64,000 bases of DNA from Haplodiscus bocki. Its lineage: Eukaryota. The stretch covers positions 70,122,001-70,186,000 of the forward strand of contig OZ296651.1 of NCBI GenBank assembly GCA_965655095.1. Direction: 5' to 3'. The notes beneath the pieces were generated by a model. The model was not told the origin of the DNA. It made no database searches and saw only the letters and a list, made by a program, of their open reading frames with translations. Below, one piece after another: positions 60,001-64,000 of the stretch. Position 1 is the first letter of the stretch; the number at the start of each line of letters is the position of its first letter. The position numbers and the translations under genes were made by a program.

Positions 60001-63000
60001 AGCGCAACTACTACGAGTCACTGCGTGCCAGAGAATGGCACAGCTTTTCATTTCGAGTTCAATTACTTCAAAGAAGGATGCCGCGAAGCTGCACTGCAGA
60101 GCGCGTGACTTCGTGGAACAAGTTTTTCAGAAGCTGGAAGAAGGTGCATAGGAGGACCGCGATGATCAGTCGAAGTTCAAAGACCTAAAACAAGTCCAGA
60201 TATGTCTTTTTGTTCTCAGGAACGGTTGCCGGAACCCAACTGTCTTTAGCATTCGAAAAGCCTACATGAAGAATTGCTTCTACGACGCTGACAAGCACCT
60301 CCTGGCTTTTCACATGGGCCCTGGAACTAGCTGGAGCTGAACCATATAGTGGTCGACTCTCACTGTTCATCGGGAGTGTAATGAAGCAGCTCATCGTAAA
60401 CAGCTCTCGTGTTTGTTGTGTCCCCAAAAGTTTGCCCCAGAGTTTACTCCAAGAAAACACGTAAGAGAGTTCCATTGCCTGTCTCATAAGCCTGTCTTAA
60501 AGTGAATCACAGAATACATATCAAAGGAGAGAAAATTCAATTTGATCGACGAAGAAGCAAATGCTACCCGTTTTCGCCATGCACAATACTTGTTAACCAG
60601 AAGGTCAACCATGAAGAACATCCGCTCCAGTTGGAGTTAGTACGCACTATAAAAGACTTGCCGGAGTCAATCACTCACTCTGTACGCAAAGTTGATCAAA
60701 CAAACACCGCAGGAAATTTACTGAATTCTATCCAATCTCTTAAAAGAGGTATTAACTTCAAGGCTCAACTACAGTATCACCAAGCACAAAAGGAAGAGTT
60801 TGGGGTAGGTTTTCAGCGGACTTGCCTTAAAGAAAACTCTAATTCGAAGCTTCAACGTAAGGCTGGAGTTGATATTCCATACGAAGAGGACGCGCAACTT
60901 TACAGAACTTGGTTGAACAAGCACCAGATGAATTCAGCGACAAGCAGCACTGGGTACAACCTGTTTGAACTGAAGAGGTTTGTGGATCAGTTCCTTGAAA
61001 TGAAGGAACCCTTACACCCCAACTGAACTTCATTCACTTTAGTGCTTCAATAAACGCAATGAAGCGCAACTACTACGAGTCACTGCGTGCCAGAGAATTG
61101 CACAGCTTGTCATTTCGAGTTCAATTACTTCAAAGAAGGATGCCGCGAAGCTGCACTGCAGAGCGTGTGACTTCGTGGAAGAAGTTTTTCAGAAGCTGGA
61201 AGAAGGTGCATAGGAGGACCGCGATGATCAGTCGAAGTTCAAAGACCTAAAACAAGTCCAGATATGTCTTTTTGTTCTCAGGAACGGTTGCCGGAACCCA
61301 ACTGTCTTTAGCCTTCGAAGAGCCTACATGAAGAATTGCTTCAACGACGCTGACAAGCACCTCCTGGCTTTTCACATGGGCCCTGGAACTAGCTGGAGCT
61401 GAACCATATAGTGGTCGACTCTCACTGTTCATCAGGAGTGTAATGAAGCAGCTCATCGTAAACAGCTCTCGTGTTTGTTGTGTCCCCAAAAGTTTGCCCC
61501 AGAGTTTACTCCAAGAAAACACGTAAGAGAGTTCCATTGCCTGTCTCATAAGCCTGTCTTAAAGTGAATCACAGAATACATATCAAAGGAGATAAAATTC
61601 AATTTGATCGACGAAGAAGCAAATGCTACCCGTTTTCGCCATGCACAATACTTGTTAACCAGAAGGTCAACCATGAAGAACATCCGCTCCAGTTGGAGTT
61701 AGTACGCACTATAAAAGACTTGCCGGAGTCAATCACTCACTCTGTACGCAAAGTTGATCAAACAAACACCGCAGGAAATTTACTGAATTCTATCCAATCT
61801 CTTAAAAGAGGTATTAACTTCAAGGCTCAACTACAGTACCACCAAGCACAAAAGGAAGAGTTTGGGGTAGGTTTTCAGCGGACTTGCCTTAAAGAAAACT
61901 CTAATTCGAAGCTCCAACGTAAGGCTGGAGTTGATATTCCATACGAAGAGGACGCGCAACTTTACAGAACTTGGTTGAACAAGCACCAGATGAATTCAGC
62001 GACAAGCAGCACTGGGTACAACCTGTTTGAACTGAAGAGGTTTGTGGATCAGTTCCTTGAACTGAAGGAACCCTTACACCCCAACTGAACTTCATTCACT
62101 TTAGTGCTTCAATAAACGCAATGAAGCGCAACTACTACGAGTCACTGCGTGCCAGAGAATTGCACAGCTTGTCATTTCGAGTTCAATTACTTCAAAGAGG
62201 GATGCCGCGAAGCTGCACTGCAGAGCGCGTGACTTCGTGGAAGAAGTTTTTCAGAAGCTGGAAGAAGGTGCATAGGAGGACCGCGATGATCAGTCGAAGT
62301 TCAAAGACCTAAAACAAGTCCAGATATGTCTTTTTGTTCTCAGGAACGGTTGCCGGAACCCAACTGTCTTTAGCATTCGAAAAGCCTACATGAAGAATTG
62401 CTTCTACGACGCTGACAAGCACCTCCTGGCTTTTCACATGGGCCCTGGAACTAGCTGGAGCTGAACCATATAGTGGTCGACTCTCACTGTTCATCGGGAG
62501 TGTAATGAAGCAGCTCATCGTAAACAGCTCTCGTGTTTGTTGTGTCCCCAAAAGTTTGCCCCAGAGTTTACTCCAAGAAAACACGTAAGAGAGTTCCATT
62601 GCCTGTCTCATAAGCCTGTCTTAAAGTGAATCACAGAATACATATCAAAGGAGAGAAAATTCAATTTGATCGACGAAGAAGCAAATGCTACCCGTTTTCG
62701 CCATGCACAATACTTGTTAACCAGAAGGTCAACCATGAAGAACATCCGCTCCAGTTGGAGTTAGTACGCACTATAAAAGACTTGCCGGAGTCAATCACTC
62801 ACTCTGTACGCAAAGTTGATCAAACAAACACCGCAGGAAATTTACTGAATTCTATCCAATCTCTTAAAAGAGGTATTAACTTCAAGGCTCAACTACAGTA
62901 CCACCAAGCACAAAAGGAAGAGTTTGGGGTAGGTTTTCAGCGGACTTGCCTTAAAGAAAACTCTAATTCGAAGCTTCAACGTAAGGCTGGAGTTGATATT

Positions 63001-64000
63001 CCATACGAAGAGGACGCGCAACTTTACAGAACTTGGTTGAACAAGCACCAGATGAATTCAGCGACAAGCAGCACTGGGTACAACCTGTTTGAACTGAAGA
63101 GGTTTGTGGATCAGTTCCTTGAAATGAAGGAACCCTTACACCCCAACTGAACTTCATTCACTTTAGTGCTTCAATAAACGCAATGAAGCGCAACTACTAC
63201 GAGTCACTGCGTGCCAGAGAATTGCACAGCTTGTCATTTCGAGTTCAATTACTTCAAAGAAGGATGCCGCGAAGCTGCACTGCAGAGCGTGTGACTTCGT
63301 GGAAGAAGTTTTTCAGAAGCTGGAAGAAGGTGCATAGGAGGACCGCGATGATCAGTCGAAGTTCAAAGACCTAAAACAAGTCCAGATATGTCTTTTTGTT
63401 CTCAGGAACGGTTGCCGGAACCCAACTGTCTTTAGCCTTCGAAGAGCCTACATGAAGAATTGCTTCAACGACGCTGACAAGCACCTCCTGGCTTTTCACA
63501 TGGGCCCTGGAACTAGCTGGAGCTGAACCATATAGTGGTCGACTCTCACTGTTCATCAGGAGTGTAATGAAGCAGCTCATCGTAAACAGCTCTCGTGTTT
63601 GTTGTGTCCCCAAAAGTTTGCCCCAGAGTTTACTCCAAGAAAACACGTAAGAGAGTTCCATTGCCTGTCTCATAAGCCTGTCTTAAAGTGAATCACAGAA
63701 TACATATCAAAGGAGATAAAATTCAATTTGATCGACGAAGAAGCAAATGCTACCCGTTTTCGCCATGCACAATACTTGTTAACCAGAAGGTCAACCATGA
63801 AGAACATCCGCTCCAGTTGGAGTTAGTACGCACTATAAAAGACTTGCCGGAGTCAATCACTCACTCTGTACGCAAAGTTGATCAAACAAACACCGCAGGA
63901 AATTTACTGAATTCTATCCAATCTCTTAAAAGAGGTATTAACTTCAAGGCTCAACTACAGTACCACCAAGCACAAAAGGAAGAGTTTGGGGTAGGTTTTC
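33097..64000 (+). repeat. Head-to-tail tandem array (satellite) of ~1063-bp monomers, about 29 copies, running off the window end
   Basis: The same ORF set recurs every 1055-1065 bp (e.g. 204-aa ORF ends at 34461, 35524, 36587, 37650 ... 63150); monomers differ only by scattered SNPs and small indels. Confidence 0.99.
33260..34180 (+). pseudogene. Tyrosine recombinase (Crypton-like YR) pseudogene forming the satellite monomer (first copy shown; present in every monomer)
   Basis: Core-binding-like helices LYRTWLNKH..SSIGYNLFELKRFVDQFL; box I LFVLRNGCR (R at 33662); ANATRYRH (R at 34010); ITHSVRKVDQTN (H at 34111, with Asn at +9, position 34138, where the catalytic Tyr is expected). Frameshifts and stops are shared by the copies. 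Confidence 0.7.

Noticed and set aside
33209-63673. The many 63-, 64-, 145- and 204-aa ORFs as a tandem multigene cluster of functional proteins
   Set aside because: They mostly lack ATG starts or are antisense shadows, are freely disrupted among monomers, and are better explained as frame fragments of one YR pseudogene.
33097-64000. CRISPR array, rDNA/5S, histone or spliced-leader gene cluster
   Set aside because: There is no repeat-spacer structure and no recognisable rRNA, histone or snRNA sequence in the monomer.

Overview
AT-rich eukaryotic (animal-like) genomic DNA with GT-AG introns, in two halves. Positions 1-33 kb hold four things: (i) a spliced minus-strand MAP2K-like Ser/Thr kinase with an N-terminal signal-peptide-like segment; (ii) a decayed NACHT-NTPase (NLR-like) pseudogene; (iii) a large minus-strand multi-exon gene, reconstructed by hand as 12 phase-compatible coding exons (28963->8844, about 1419 aa, N-terminal MGxxxS, tentative Niban/FAM129-like resemblance); (iv) transposon relics in introns and flanks: a BEL/Pao LTR relic, MULE-like foldback elements with 9-bp TSDs, MITEs and Helentron/HINE-like elements. 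From 33.1 kb to the window end is a head-to-tail array of about 29 near-identical ~1063-bp monomers. Reading across three frameshifts, each monomer looks like one pseudogenised tyrosine-recombinase gene (NGCR ... T-x-x-R-H ... HS-x7-[Y->N]). The array therefore appears to be a satellite derived from a Crypton-like YR gene, with local 2-mer and 3-mer higher-order repeats and an older diverged copy at its left edge. All family assignments are by-eye motif recognition, not database results.
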